DNA of 64,000 nucleotides, taken from positions 64,001 to 128,000 of IMG/VR virus record IMGVR_UViG_3300010882_000011. One strand, written 5' to 3'. The first letter of the stretch is position 1. Every line of letters starts with the position of its first letter. A program made the position numbers and the translations under genes. The notes below the pieces were generated by a model. It had not been told where the DNA came from and did not search any database. It saw only the letters and a list, made by a program, of their open reading frames with translations. This DNA comes from a virus. Lineage: Duplodnaviria > Heunggongvirae > Uroviricota > Caudoviricetes. Below, piece by piece: positions 24,538 through 37,800 of the stretch.

Positions 24538-26360
24538 TGAAAATACGAAAACATCAAGTAGGGGGTGCAATATACACCCCCTTTATATATCAGCCGCAAG
24601 CCCAAGAGGCAGAAAAAGCGGCTGCTGGTAAAGGTGGTGCTGACAAGATCACTGGGACTATGACAAAGGAAATTGTTGATGTGCTAAAGGAAAATGGCAT
24701 CCCTAATGATGTTAATATGTTTTTAGCGCAAGCAAATTCTTTTTTACAAAGTTCGAAATCTTTGTCTGATACTATTTTATTCGGAGGTAGAGAAAGAGAA
24801 TACGATTTAGGTGATTTAGTTAAAATTCATTCTATGGCAAATAAAGTGAAGTTTAATAAACAATTATACGATAAAGCGGCAGAGAGGCTAACCGCCGAGC
24901 GATCTTGGTCTGAAGTCGCTGTTGACGAACGAGGAAGAATGTATGTTCACTCTGATGAGGGAATAGATATGATAAGTGCGGAAGAATACGCAACTAATAG
25001 AGATAAATACGTGGCATTAACGAATTCTGAATTGTTATCTATGAGAGAACAAAGTCCAGAATTAACATTTAATCAAGGTATTTTAAATAATATAACAAAT
25101 GCTGTTGGTTTAGAAAGTATTACTAATTATGTAAAAGGGATTATTAAGGACTTTGGTACTAAAACTCATGAAGGATATACTACCCGTGATAGGGATATTA
25201 TTCAAGAAGGATTTAGAGCTTTAATGGCAGGTGGTCCAGAAGGTTACTACAAAGTAACTCATGAAGATCAAGGAACAGAAGCTGCTTTACGATATTTAGT
25301 AAACGCTTTACCCTCAAATATGAGACAAATACTTAAGGCAAAAACTGCTGCTGAAGGCGGTGATCCAGGTTCTGCAGGTGATGTTTATAGACTCCTTGCT
25401 TTAGGACTTACAGAACATACTAATAGAAAACGTTCGGTTAATTTCGATGCCCAAGCTACTAATTTTGAATATGGTCGTGCTAAGGATGAAAAAGAGAAGA
25501 ATGTGAAGGAAAGTTTTGTAGAAACTATGGTTTATGGTGAGGGAGGTAAAGAAATTACAATAAATTTAGCTCCTCGTAATAAAAGTAGAATACTCACGTT
25601 AGAAGGTATGGATCTTGGAACTCCCGTAGATAATCATGCTAAATCAGTGGGACCTGCAAACTTCAGAACTTTATTCGATACTGCTACATTTGGTGGCGTT
25701 ATAGATCAAAATTCTGTATATATGGGTGATATTAAAGTTCCCACATCAGAAGTTAACAGAGTAGTAACGACTGGTAGTAGTCCAGTTGTTCGTGTTCTTA
25801 TGCCTTTTCAAACTATGCCTGATGGTTCTGTTCGTCCAGATTTGGATTATAACATGAAATTCGAGGAGCTCAATGATTGGATTAAAAATAATCCAGGTGC
25901 TAGTCAGCTACAGAAAAACATGGAGGCTCAAAACCGAGGATTAGATGTAACTTATGATGCAGCAACTAATTCTTATGTATGAAATTCAAGAGCCGTTAAA
26001 CCTTTCTTTATGATAGAGGGAGTTGCAGGAAGTTCTGCAATTACAAACTTTGATAAAAAATCTAACTGAATCACTCAAGTTTCTAAACAAGAGGAAGATA
26101 GATGGCAGCTAGATACCAACTATGAAAACTTAGTTAACTATGGAACTTTAAGTAGTGGTAAGAAAAACCAAAGAATAGACAATGTTGGGACGTGAAACTG
26201 AAATTTATATAAAGGACAAATTTTTGTTCCTATTATTGAAGGAGGTTTAGCTTCAGTTAAATATAATAATCAATTACAACCAGAGGATGCCTATAAAGAT
26301 ATACAAAATCAGTATAAGGCACAACAAAAAAGAAATCAATTAACTACAACTCTAGATTAA
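24537..26360 (+). CDS. Cargo protein, 607 aa
   Basis: MKIRKHQVGG start; reads through TGAs after 25980 to TAA 26358-26360. Confidence 0.7.
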
Positions 26361-26363
26361 AAC

Positions 26364-29300
26364 ATGAATAGTAAACAGAATGATTGGCTTGCAACACTAT
26401 TGTTTCAACCAGATATGACTCTTCAGGATTTTTACAATAATAATATAACTCCTGAAAATACTACTTTGCAGTCAAGGGAGTATTATAAACAAAAACCGAA
26501 GATTATAGACGCTTTCACAAAGGATGGCAAATTCGAGGACAATATCTTTGAGAACTTTTACCAAAGTGCTCTCAGTATGTATAATGTGTATGCAAACCAA
26601 CAATTCGAGGATACTTTATCTGAGACGTTTAGTTATGACCCATTTAATCGTTTTGCTCCTGCAGGATCAAAAACATCTGATGTTTTACCTCGTGTAAAAT
26701 TGAGTTCCAATAACTATTATCAAGGTATTGGATTAACAGGTATTAATTCCTATACTGGTACTACACGCAGTGCCCGCTCTATAGCACAAGAAAATAGAGT
26801 TTGAGATCCCCAAGTAGGAGAATTTCTGGATTGAACACCAGAGGATAGAGGAGGATTTCTTAAAGGATTAATAAGACCTACACTGGCGTTAGCAATATGA
26901 GATTCTGATGGAGAGCATGAAATTGATGGCAGAACAATAAAACATCAAAAAGGTGATTTAAGAGTTGATGACAATGGAGATTATTTTTATGAACTACTAG
27001 GAAATAAAAGTACAATTGGCAGGGATATTCTACCCTATACCGATACTTTAACTCGCGAATCAAGTTGAATGCATAAATATGACTTTATGGATTCTGATGA
27101 TTTGGAAAAGACAGTAGCAGGAACAATATCTAAATTAGTTGTTTCTGTTGCTCCTTTGTTTATTCCTGGAGTTGGTTGGTATTATGGAGCAGCGACTGCT
27201 GGTGTTCAACTAGCAAAACTTGCGCCTAGTTTAATAAAAGCTGTGAATGGTATTGTTGGTGGAGATACAAGTGATGATAATACTTTTATCCAGAAACTTA
27301 ATGTAGCTGACTCTTGGATGGCAAGATTTACTCCCAGTGTTTCAGATTATTCTAGAGATAGAATTGCAACGATTGAGAATTTAGGTGTTTTACTTAAAGA
27401 TGTATCAATGCAGTTGTATCAACAAAGACTTATGGGAGAAATTCCTAGATGATTCACTGGTAGAGAAGACAGAGCCATTCGTAAACTAGGACAAACAATG
27501 TCTTTAGCTTACATGTCTGGTATTTCTTCTCAAGAGGTGTATGATGAGTTTAAACAAGCGGGTGCCAGTGATAGAGTAGCAGGATTAGGTATGATTGCCA
27601 GTATTGGTGCAATGTACAAATTGATGTCCATTGATTACTTTAGAGATATGTTATTTAGAGGTACATACCTTGATGAGAGTCCTGCGAGATTGGCTCCTAA
27701 GATGTTGGGTAAAAAAGCTCTTTTAGACCAGGCATCCAAAAGTGAGATAGCAGCCTTCACTGCTTCTGGAGTAAAACAAAATGCCAAATTTGTTCAGAAA
27801 TGAACAAACAAGCTTGTAGAAAAAATGGGCAATTCAGCTTATCTTAGTCGTTCGGTTAATGAGGCTTTGGAAGAAACTGCAGAGGAAATGAGTGCAGACT
27901 TAGTAAAGGCACTTGCTTTAGGTGCAGATGCTTTAGGATTTTCTACAACTACTGATGGTTCTAATTTAAACTTCGACTACACTGTAAGTGATGTTCTCCA
28001 GAGATACGGAATGGCATTCGCTGGCGGTGCTTTAGGGGGCCCAGTATTTGAATTACATATGCAATATCAAAATTATTTGGGCGGTATTAATAACAAACTG
28101 GCCAAAATGAATGTTGATAACGTTAATGAACAGCTAGTTTATTTAATACGTAATGGGTATGTGGATGAAGTTAGAGAGGGTGTAAACAAACTTATGGAAA
28201 AAGGTAAGTTAGGAAGTACATCTCTGTCGGGTAATCAATATGAAGTTGTTGATGGTAAGATTAAATTTCATGAAGCTAAAAGTAATGATTCTCAAAATAC
28301 CATTATAGGTAAAGCTATTTTAGACTATATTGATAATGTAGAAGAAGTAATGGGTAAAGCTGCTTTGTATATTACTGACGAAGAACTGGAATTACTACAG
28401 GCAGGTGTCAGAGCCGATGGTAGTAAAATGGACCCAATTGCGGAGAAAGTAATACAAAGTGGGGTAGCTAGTAAAATATTTAGAGAGTATAGTGATCTTG
28501 CTGGTAAAGTAGTTAGTCTTACTGGTGCTATAAATGAAGAAGCTGCCAAAATAGTAGTACCTTCAGATAGTCAGGAAAAACAGAAAGAACAAGCTGATCA
28601 AAATTCAAAAATACAAGCATTAAGAAAACAACTTAATGAAACAAAACAAAAGTTAGAGGATATTACTGAAGGTAAATATGCAGCTGATTATTTAGGGCAA
28701 GCATTGTTTATTTTAGATAAAAATATTAATAGTCTCTATACAACAGCTACTTTAGAAGATTATACACAAGCAATGTATAGTCGTTCCTTCAATAGTTTAG
28801 ATGAAGAAACTAAAAATCTAGTCACTGCCAACTTCGACAAATTTAAAAATGCGGATTTACAAGATAAATTGTATGAAGCATATGAATTACATAAAAGTCT
28901 GAGCAAACTAATGAAGTCTGATTTAGAGGATTTTAGCAATTTAAAAGCCAAGATGTCCAAAGTATTTCAAAGTGGGACACTTGCGTTTGAAGGACTTTCT
29001 GAAATACTTGTTAGTATAACTGAATTAGAAGAGAAAATAACTGAGGAAAAAGCAAAGGATAAACCTAATGTAGAAAAAATAAGTAAATGGGAAGCCGATA
29101 TCGAAGAAAAAGGCCAAATTTTAGAAATTATGAACGCAAACAAAAGTTCATATCTAATTCCCAATATGACCGAAGAAGGTCAGACTATATTAGGACGATT
29201 TTTGGATGATACTGAACAGAAACAGAAAATGACAAGGTATGCTGATGGTATATTAAAGCTATTGAAGCATACCAGAGACAATAAAATGATTATTGACGTT

Positions 29301-32300
29301 TCTGACAATGAGGTAAATACTTTACTAAACCAATGGAAACAATTGTGGGTATCAGAAGGAACAGACATAAGTTCGTTATTTGTTAATCGTATGGACATGT
29401 TAGCCAGAGATGAACAGCATAATTGAACTGATGTTACTGATGAATACGGCGGCATGTTAAATGTAGAGTCTTTATCTATTCATAATAATCCTGACTTTAT
29501 GGGCTTGTTGGCTGCCTTTGATATTAACCTTGGGACCGATGTTAAAAAAGCTTTAAATGTATGAGAGGAAATTCAACATAAAGTAAAGGAGAGTGTTAAA
29601 GCACAGGATGCTAATCCTGTGGACAGTGATGGTAATCCAATTGATCTTGCTCAAGCTATCTTAGATGGCATGCTACCATCCATAGGAAACCTTGATGTAG
29701 TTGAATACTTGAAAAAGTATCTTAATCTTAAGGGACAAAATATACATTCTCCAGTGTTTGAAATGCTTAATAAGTTTAGTACTTCAATAAGCGGAAATGC
29801 TGAAACTTTGATTAATCTTCTTAATCAAGAAGAAAGCAATTTTGTAAATGCAGAATCAATTGAAAGTTACATTATTCAAAATCCTGAAATCACTGCCCAG
29901 TTGTTACAATTGGGGAAGATGATTGATATGACACAAGCAGTTGTAAATTCTGCCACAACTCTAGGTGATTTAGGTTCATTTAATGCTGCAATAAATAATC
30001 GTGCTGGACATAAGAAAGTAGCAGAACTGGATATGGAATCAGGACTGATTCTTAGTGCTGAACTACTTCAACTTAAAACTAAGGTTGATTTTTTATTAGA
30101 TCTTTCTGATGGCAATAGACAACAAAAACTACGTAATCAACGCGATGTTGCTATTAATATACGACAATTGCAAAAGGATGTCTTAACTTTTGATGACAGT
30201 ACACTTAGACAAAACTTTGAGAAGGCTTTTCCAGAAGTAGATCTTAGAGAAATATGAAAGGAATTGTCAAAGGTTAGTACCGAAATAAATGATAGTAACT
30301 ACCATACTTTTGAGGAAAGTGTTATAAAACTTGAAACTGAAATATGAGAAAAATTGGGAAAAAAATATACTTCTGAAGAAGAACTTAAAGAATTGGCCAA
30401 AAAGTTAGTTGGTTTATTTCCCAAGAATACTTTATATAAATTACGATCTACAAAGTTGTCAAGACATTCTCCTCGAATTACAGAATATGACCAACTTGTT
30501 TATTTAGCTTCTTTAATATCAAAACCCTCGGAAGACTTTTATGCTCGTCTGAAAGATGTAGTAGAGGATAAAGAATTTGATTTGGCTCCTGTGTTTGGAC
30601 AAGAATATGCGTCTAGGGTTATTGATGCCCAAATCTCAAATCCCAAATTATTTAATAATATTCTTGATTTAATAACTCAAGATGAAATAGGAGATCCGTA
30701 TATAAATAATCGTTCAGTGCTTCATAATTTCGTGTGAGGTATTGGTAGTGCGGGATCTGGGAAAACTAAAGGTATTGGTAATGTTATAATGAGAATAATA
30801 GGAAAGGATGCCCAAGTATTAACAGTTGCTCCTGCTCTATCACAAGCTCAAAACTTAGCAAAAGGAATTGGACGCGAGGCTGCTCCTAGTTTTACTAAGG
30901 ATGCCTTTATTACTAATATTAATGGTGGTAATCCATTAACTGCGGATTATTTTCATAATTGAGACCAGAGTATAGAGGGATCTACTGGAAATGTGACTTT
31001 AAACGAAAATGTAAATCCACCTGTTACTAATTTATTTGAAGACAATGGTACTAAAAGATTTCTATTCCTTGATGAAGTCTCTTTATTTCACGAAGGGGAA
31101 TTAAAATTCTTAAGTAAGTGGGCGGAGAACAATGATGTAATGGTAATTGCCTTTGGTGACTTGAAACAAAATATGGCAAAGGTAAAATGGGTTAATTCTA
31201 AAGGAGAACTTAAAGTTATAAACGGAGGAATTGATGGTACTGTACATATTAAATCCCCAAGTTTAACTGCGGCATTTAGGCCTGCTAATATAGCTAAAGC
31301 AGAAAATGCTGAAGCATTGGCCACTCTTCTTGATGACGAATTAGATAATTTTTCGGATGATATTACTATGTCTCTTGGCGAAAGAGCTGCTTATATTACT
31401 GACAAATTAAATGAAATGAAAGGTATTGTCCTTAAGTATTATGATTCTGAAACAGAGTTTGCAGGTGAAATGATGCTTAATGACTTTGAGAAGTTTGTTA
31501 GGAAAATGCAAAACATTGCTACTAACAATCCTAATGCAAAAATGGCACTCGTAACTGAAGCTGACAATGTACCAGACATTCCCAATGTACGTAGAGTTCC
31601 AGAAGATGTAATTCAGGGAGACGAATTTGACTATGTGTTTATATATAAACCCTGGTCAACTAATGCGTATATTGCTGCCCAAGATCTATACACGATGATT
31701 CAAAGATCTACAAAGGGTACTATTATATATAATCGTCCTTCAGATAATACTTTGGCAAAAGTACTTCCTCAAATTAGATTTGAATTTCGTAATGGTGTAA
31801 ACAAAAGTATCGAAATACCTAGTGAAGCTTTAACTGAATTTAAAGAATGGAGATTGAGGGGACTAGCAAATCTTCAGAAGAGTTCCGAAGAAGTAGCTGG
31901 ACCTCAAAAGGAATCTACTGAGCCAGTAGAACAACCAACACCCGCTGAACAACCAATTTCAAGACCTAAATATTATACTCCAACCCAAACCGCATCTAAT
32001 ACAACATCTGCGGAAATAAACAATAACTCTGTTGTTAGTGAATCTGGCGATCTTAACACCGAAGAGGATAAACCAAATCCTAATCAAGAGATTATTACAA
32101 AAGCTAACGTACAAACGGAAGGTAATGTAGCTCCTAAAGCCACAAAAACTCCTGTAAAACCTGTTGTTAACAAGGTAATTACAACTACTCTTCCTGTTTC
32201 TACAAAAACAGAATTATCTCTGAATAGTACTCTTATGAACGCTTATTATGGAGAGGATGGAGAAAGGAAACCATTCTGAGAAAGAAGGGCTGAGCCTACT

Positions 32301-34841
32301 AGTTTATTTAAAGAACTGCATCTTAATGATTTAAAAATGCCAGTAGATAAGTACCAAACACTTTTACAGACGTTAGGATCATACTACATGTTCAATCATC
32401 ATGATATTGAAGGTAAAACACTCAATGAGATTGGACAAAAACAACTGATGTTAAAGATGTTTTTAACAGATATATTTTCTTTTCAAGGAGGAAATACTAT
32501 TGTAAATGATCTTATGACGGGGTTAGTTTCTCGTCCTATATTTGAGATAGTTCCTTACGAAGATAAACATGGTTTATTAGTTTCGTCTTTTAATGTGAAC
32601 AATAAAAAGGTAAGTATTCCTTTGTTTATAACTGAGCCATCATATGGTGTATTAGAGGATGCGCGTTTTGTAAAAGTAAAAGGTCCAACAATGGGAGTGA
32701 AGGAGAATACTTTATTTCCATTAAAACTGAATGGTAGAATGCAATACTTCGAGAAGGTATTTGCTTTTATGGCTGGCAAGGATGTGGATGATACAATATT
32801 TGGAAAACATAACCAAAGGTTTTTACATGGTAGTCCAAACTACGACGAAAACGGAAATTATATAGGCTGAACTAAGGGTACAAAAGGAAAGGCGATGATT
32901 GCGTTTACTGATGATTTATTTACGGGTTATCAAGACTTTATTACCCTACTACAACCTTCCTATGCATCTAATAATTCCAGTAACATATCTGATATTTCTT
33001 TAGAGCATGTGAAAACTAGTGGTGATAAAGAAGGTATGACTTATTTAGTACATAAAGGTAACAAGTTTGCCTTAATGGGAGTTCAGCGTCCTATTACTTT
33101 TAGTGAATGAGTGTTACAAGCGCGGAAACAAATAAGTTTGTTAAAAAGAGGTTTCATTGCTACTAATTCCCAAACTAAAGATGAGAACTTCATTATTGAA
33201 TATGGTCTTAATCAGGCTTTAAATAAAGGTGGAAAAAAAGTTGTATTTGATAAGTTTGATAGTAATATTAATCAAATTGTATTCGAGAACACAACAGATG
33301 CATTTTTCACAGAATTGCTTAGATTAACTTTGCCAGATAGTGAAATATCTGATTATCAGAGATCAGAACTTAGAAAAGTGTATTCTAATCTTTGGGGATA
33401 TTTAATGCAACAAACCGAAAATGCGTTAGCTGGAAGTAAGCAATACAATAACAATGCTATTGTAATAGAAGTAATTAAAGAAAGTCAAGCAAGTAACGAA
33501 GCAGAAGAAAAATACAAACGTACGAGATGACAAGGTGGGAAGGGTAAATATTACATTCAGCTGAAGAAAACTAATAATCAAGGAGATAAATTAGTACTGT
33601 ATAGATTTGATGGTCATACTAAGACTGGGGATGGTATTGCTGAAATAGGAGTACCTGCTCAGATAGCAGAAGGAAACATTAATATATATAGTACGTTAAT
33701 GAAGTTTATTGAAGAAATTGGCAGAGATGATGAAAGTAAGCGATTTCTTGGAGAAGACCTAGCGGAAAATCTTAAGCCTGATAATATTCTGATGTATCTT
33801 GCCGAAATAACTCCTAATACTGTATTTGCAGCGTCTAGTAATAGAACAGTCGAAATGCTAACTCGTGGAATGAATGAAGGAACACTTGGCGAATTTGACA
33901 AAGTTTTTGAAGAAGTAAAGTTTAAAAATGACTTTTATGCAAATGATCCTGTAGATAATACAGCTATAAGTCCTTATATTAAACCTGTTATAGTTCCAAT
34001 AGAGGAATATCTAACAGATAGGCCAAATCCCACTTTTTCACAATTTAAAATTAATCGTAAATTTAAATCTGAGCCAGAAACTGAACAAACGTTACCTGCT
34101 ACAATTGAAACAACTTCGGGATTAACTGAAGAAATTTCTACGGAAGTATCTGAGGAAACACAAGTAAATGCAGAGGAAATAATTGAAACTACTTCTGAAA
34201 CTGTTACCGAAGATATTACTGAAGCAGAAACTCAACTTTCAGAAGAAGAAACTTTACGACAAACTTTATCTGATAACGACATAAATTACGCTTTTAAAAC
34301 TCCTATAAAAGATATTCAACAGTTAGTTCAACGTATAAATAAGAAATTACAAAGTACACAGAATGAGCCTATTCTTAAACAATTGACTTCTATTGATACT
34401 GTCGAAGCAACCTTAAATTGGAGTAATCTTATTGAGAACTTTCTTAAAGGAAAAAATATTGAATATAGTAACTACAATTTAATTACTGGAGATCCCAATA
34501 GAAATTACGCAGTGTTCTTCATTGAAAACAACGAAGTTCCTTCGGGATATAGGTTAATGAAACGGGATGGAGTTTGGGATATGTATGATTTTAATTCTTT
34601 TCCCCAATATAAAAACCTTGTTGATTTTATAAATGAGGACTATAATGGTCTGTATGTAACTCTTGATAAAATGTCAAGACAATATTTGGGTAAATTACTA
34701 TATGAAGGTGAAATCGAAGCAGAACATGCTCAAGGATTTTATGACTTTGTATCCCAAAATTTAGGAGATGAAAACCTATCTAGATTAAATAACTTAGTAA
34801 ATGAATACTTACTACAAAGAATAAAAAATAATGAGTGCTAA
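26364..34841 (+). CDS. Giant virion protein, 2825 aa, with internal SF1 helicase-like domain
   Basis: Eleven fragments in one frame joined through TGA; motifs GSAGSGKT, FLDEVS, AFGDLKQ, QGDEFDYV, YTMIQRS. Confidence 0.75.
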
Positions 34842-37800
34842 ATGTCCGCCTGATAAAAAATTTATACCTTTAATAAAACACATGCAAAATACCTTAAGCC
34901 CTGAAGAGTTTAAGGCGTTTATAAATGATAGTTTTGAAAATGCGGAACAACTATATACAGAATTAGTGGGGAATATCAGTTATAATGATTCCCCACCTCC
35001 TGTTATAGAAGTTGAAGAGATAAAAACATCATCTACTATGACTCCAGAAATTACTGTAGCAAATGACTTGTATGTTGGAGATACAGCATGGTTTAATACT
35101 ATGCATCGTGGATTTGTAAGAAAGATTACAGCGAGTTCTGTTTTTGATGTAGCTACAAAGACTTTCGTAAAGGCAAATGAAAAAACTGATAAGTTAACTC
35201 TATTAAATGAACGTATCTTTCAATATAAGTTGGAATTGTTGAAGACTCTGGCGGAATATACTGGAGATACATCTTATAATACGCAGGTGTTAAATGCCGA
35301 AGCGGATCCAGAAGTATTAACGGAAGTTTCAAACGGAATAATTTCCAATTTTGCCAACACAGTTAATAGTGCTAACTTTAAAGAGAAACCTCCTGTGTTC
35401 AAGGCAGCTTACAATGCATACACTATTTTAACTAAATTCGATGAATTGTTAGACAAACACATTCCATTTGTTAAAGTAAAAAACGAAGTTAAAAAATCTA
35501 ATAAATTTCATGTTGACAAATATACTTACATTGGGCCAGAAATTGACCAAATAACTAGCTGAAATGATAGTAATGAATTTGAAAGCGCCAATAAACATGT
35601 AAGTGAAACTGCCAAGATTCTATTAGATGTTATACCTGAAGTAAATATAGATCTAGATGAAGTAGATAATACTTCAATTACTTTAGATGGATTTAATTCA
35701 ATTATGACCAGAGTATTTTCTTCTCTTATCTATGAACCTCTAATGAAAGATTTACGCCCAGAGTTAGATAGAGGTGTTAATATCGATATGAATAAAGTAA
35801 TTAGTACTTATTTAGAACTTTCGAGAAAAAATCAACAGTTAGAAATTGAAAATACCACTAGTTTATACAATAAACTTCGCGGTATTCAAAGCTACATATA
35901 TTCTTCAAGTATGGATGCGGAATTGCGAAATATATTTACCCAAATGGCATATAAGATAACCCCTATGTCATACTTAGAATATATTCAAACAGACGGAACA
36001 ACTACAGCGAAGAATTTGAAAGAAGCAAGAATGAATAATGAGAGGTTCTCTCTTAGAAATATGCTTCAATCAAGAGTACACTTTCTCAATCAAAATCCTC
36101 AACTTTATAAGGGTTTATTAGCAAGACACAAAATCGAAATAAATCCCAATTCCGTTACATTTGATAATAATGGGGAAAGGTATTCTGTTGAGTATTGAAC
36201 AAAAATCTCACAGAAAAATCCAAATAAAAATGCTTTTGGTTTTGAGATAGATAGTGATATGTCTCCTCAAATTCTATCTAATTTAGTTTATGATTTTCTA
36301 TCTGACGTTATTTCTCCAGATTTTGAACAGTATGCTAGACAAACACATCCTCAAACTTCCGCTTTGTGAAATCCAGCGGAATTATATATGCCACTTGTAA
36401 CAGCCGTTATCTTAAATATTGAGAATAAAGGAATGTTTTATGACAAAGATGGTTTGGTAAAGACTCTGGGATATGATGAATATACTACTAAGTTAGCTAA
36501 TATTAATGTAGCTTTACATGGAGCTGATGTTGTAAATGTTATTAAGAATTCTGAAGGTAACAATTTGCCTTTATATAAACTAATAAGTTTGGCTTCCAAT
36601 CACAACAGTATGTTTAACAAAATAAGTCGAGAATTTGTTAACCAAACACGTGGCAGAAACAATATTTTAGCACAAAACGTGCTATTTAGGAATATGCAAA
36701 AGAATTTCCTGTTACCTCCTCAAATACGTAGCGATGTGGTGATTGGGAAAAGTTTCAAAAGTCCACAAGATTTAACGCAGTCTGAATTATTACGGTTATC
36801 TATCATACATGACTTCTTTCAGGGTATTACTGATTTAGAAGAAGGTGTAATTAGTCTTCAACCTACTACATTCTCAGATAAGGCTATGCACTTTTTATCT
36901 ACTTTTAATGTAAAACAAAACTTGGATTATGGATATAAAAAGTCAATTAATATACAGCAGGAAGTAGTAAGCTTTTTGGAGGGCAGTGGAAATCTTAATA
37001 AACTTACTGATGCTTTAATTGATATTAGAAGAGAATCTATTACTGCTCTTGTCGATAACATAGTTTCTGACTATACAGAAGTTTATAATCGAGATTTTAA
37101 AAATCTTGAATCTATTAATAAATTTATTGCAAACAAGAGAGTTGACGACATTAGAGCTGATTTTATAAGGGCAAATGTTCCCTTTACTGACGAGTTACAT
37201 GCTTATAGAGATCAAGTAAATGGTGTTGCTAGAGTAAATGAAACTATTGAAAATCATCACAACACATTCAATAACAAAGCCGAAGCTCAAAAACGACTGG
37301 AACAGAAAAAGCGAGAGTTTGCTTTTGCTTTACTGACAAATCCTTTATCTCTTAATAATTCTGAGGATATTATCCCAACTACCTACACACGTTTAAATGG
37401 GTGGTTTGATGCAGTTACAGAAAACTTAATCTTAGTTAAAACTAAAGAAAATGGGAAGGAAGTTACACTTGACCATATAAGTGACTTAATAATAAATGAT
37501 AATTTAAAGGTTGAATTAAATCCAATTGCTGAAGCTTATTTCTTGGTAGATAATCTACTATCAAATGCATATGATGAATTAATGACGGGTGGAATTTATG
37601 CTCATCCCAATAAAAATAAAAGTGGGGATAAATTATTATTCTATGAATATGGAGAAGCTCAACGATTAAATGCAAAATTCAAACGTAACGGTATTTATGG
37701 ATCTACTTACCATCCATTAGCACAAGGTCTAAACAATGGTGTTTTACGAAATGTCAAAATAGCCGTAATTAAGGATGTTCTTGGAACAACCTTTAATATG

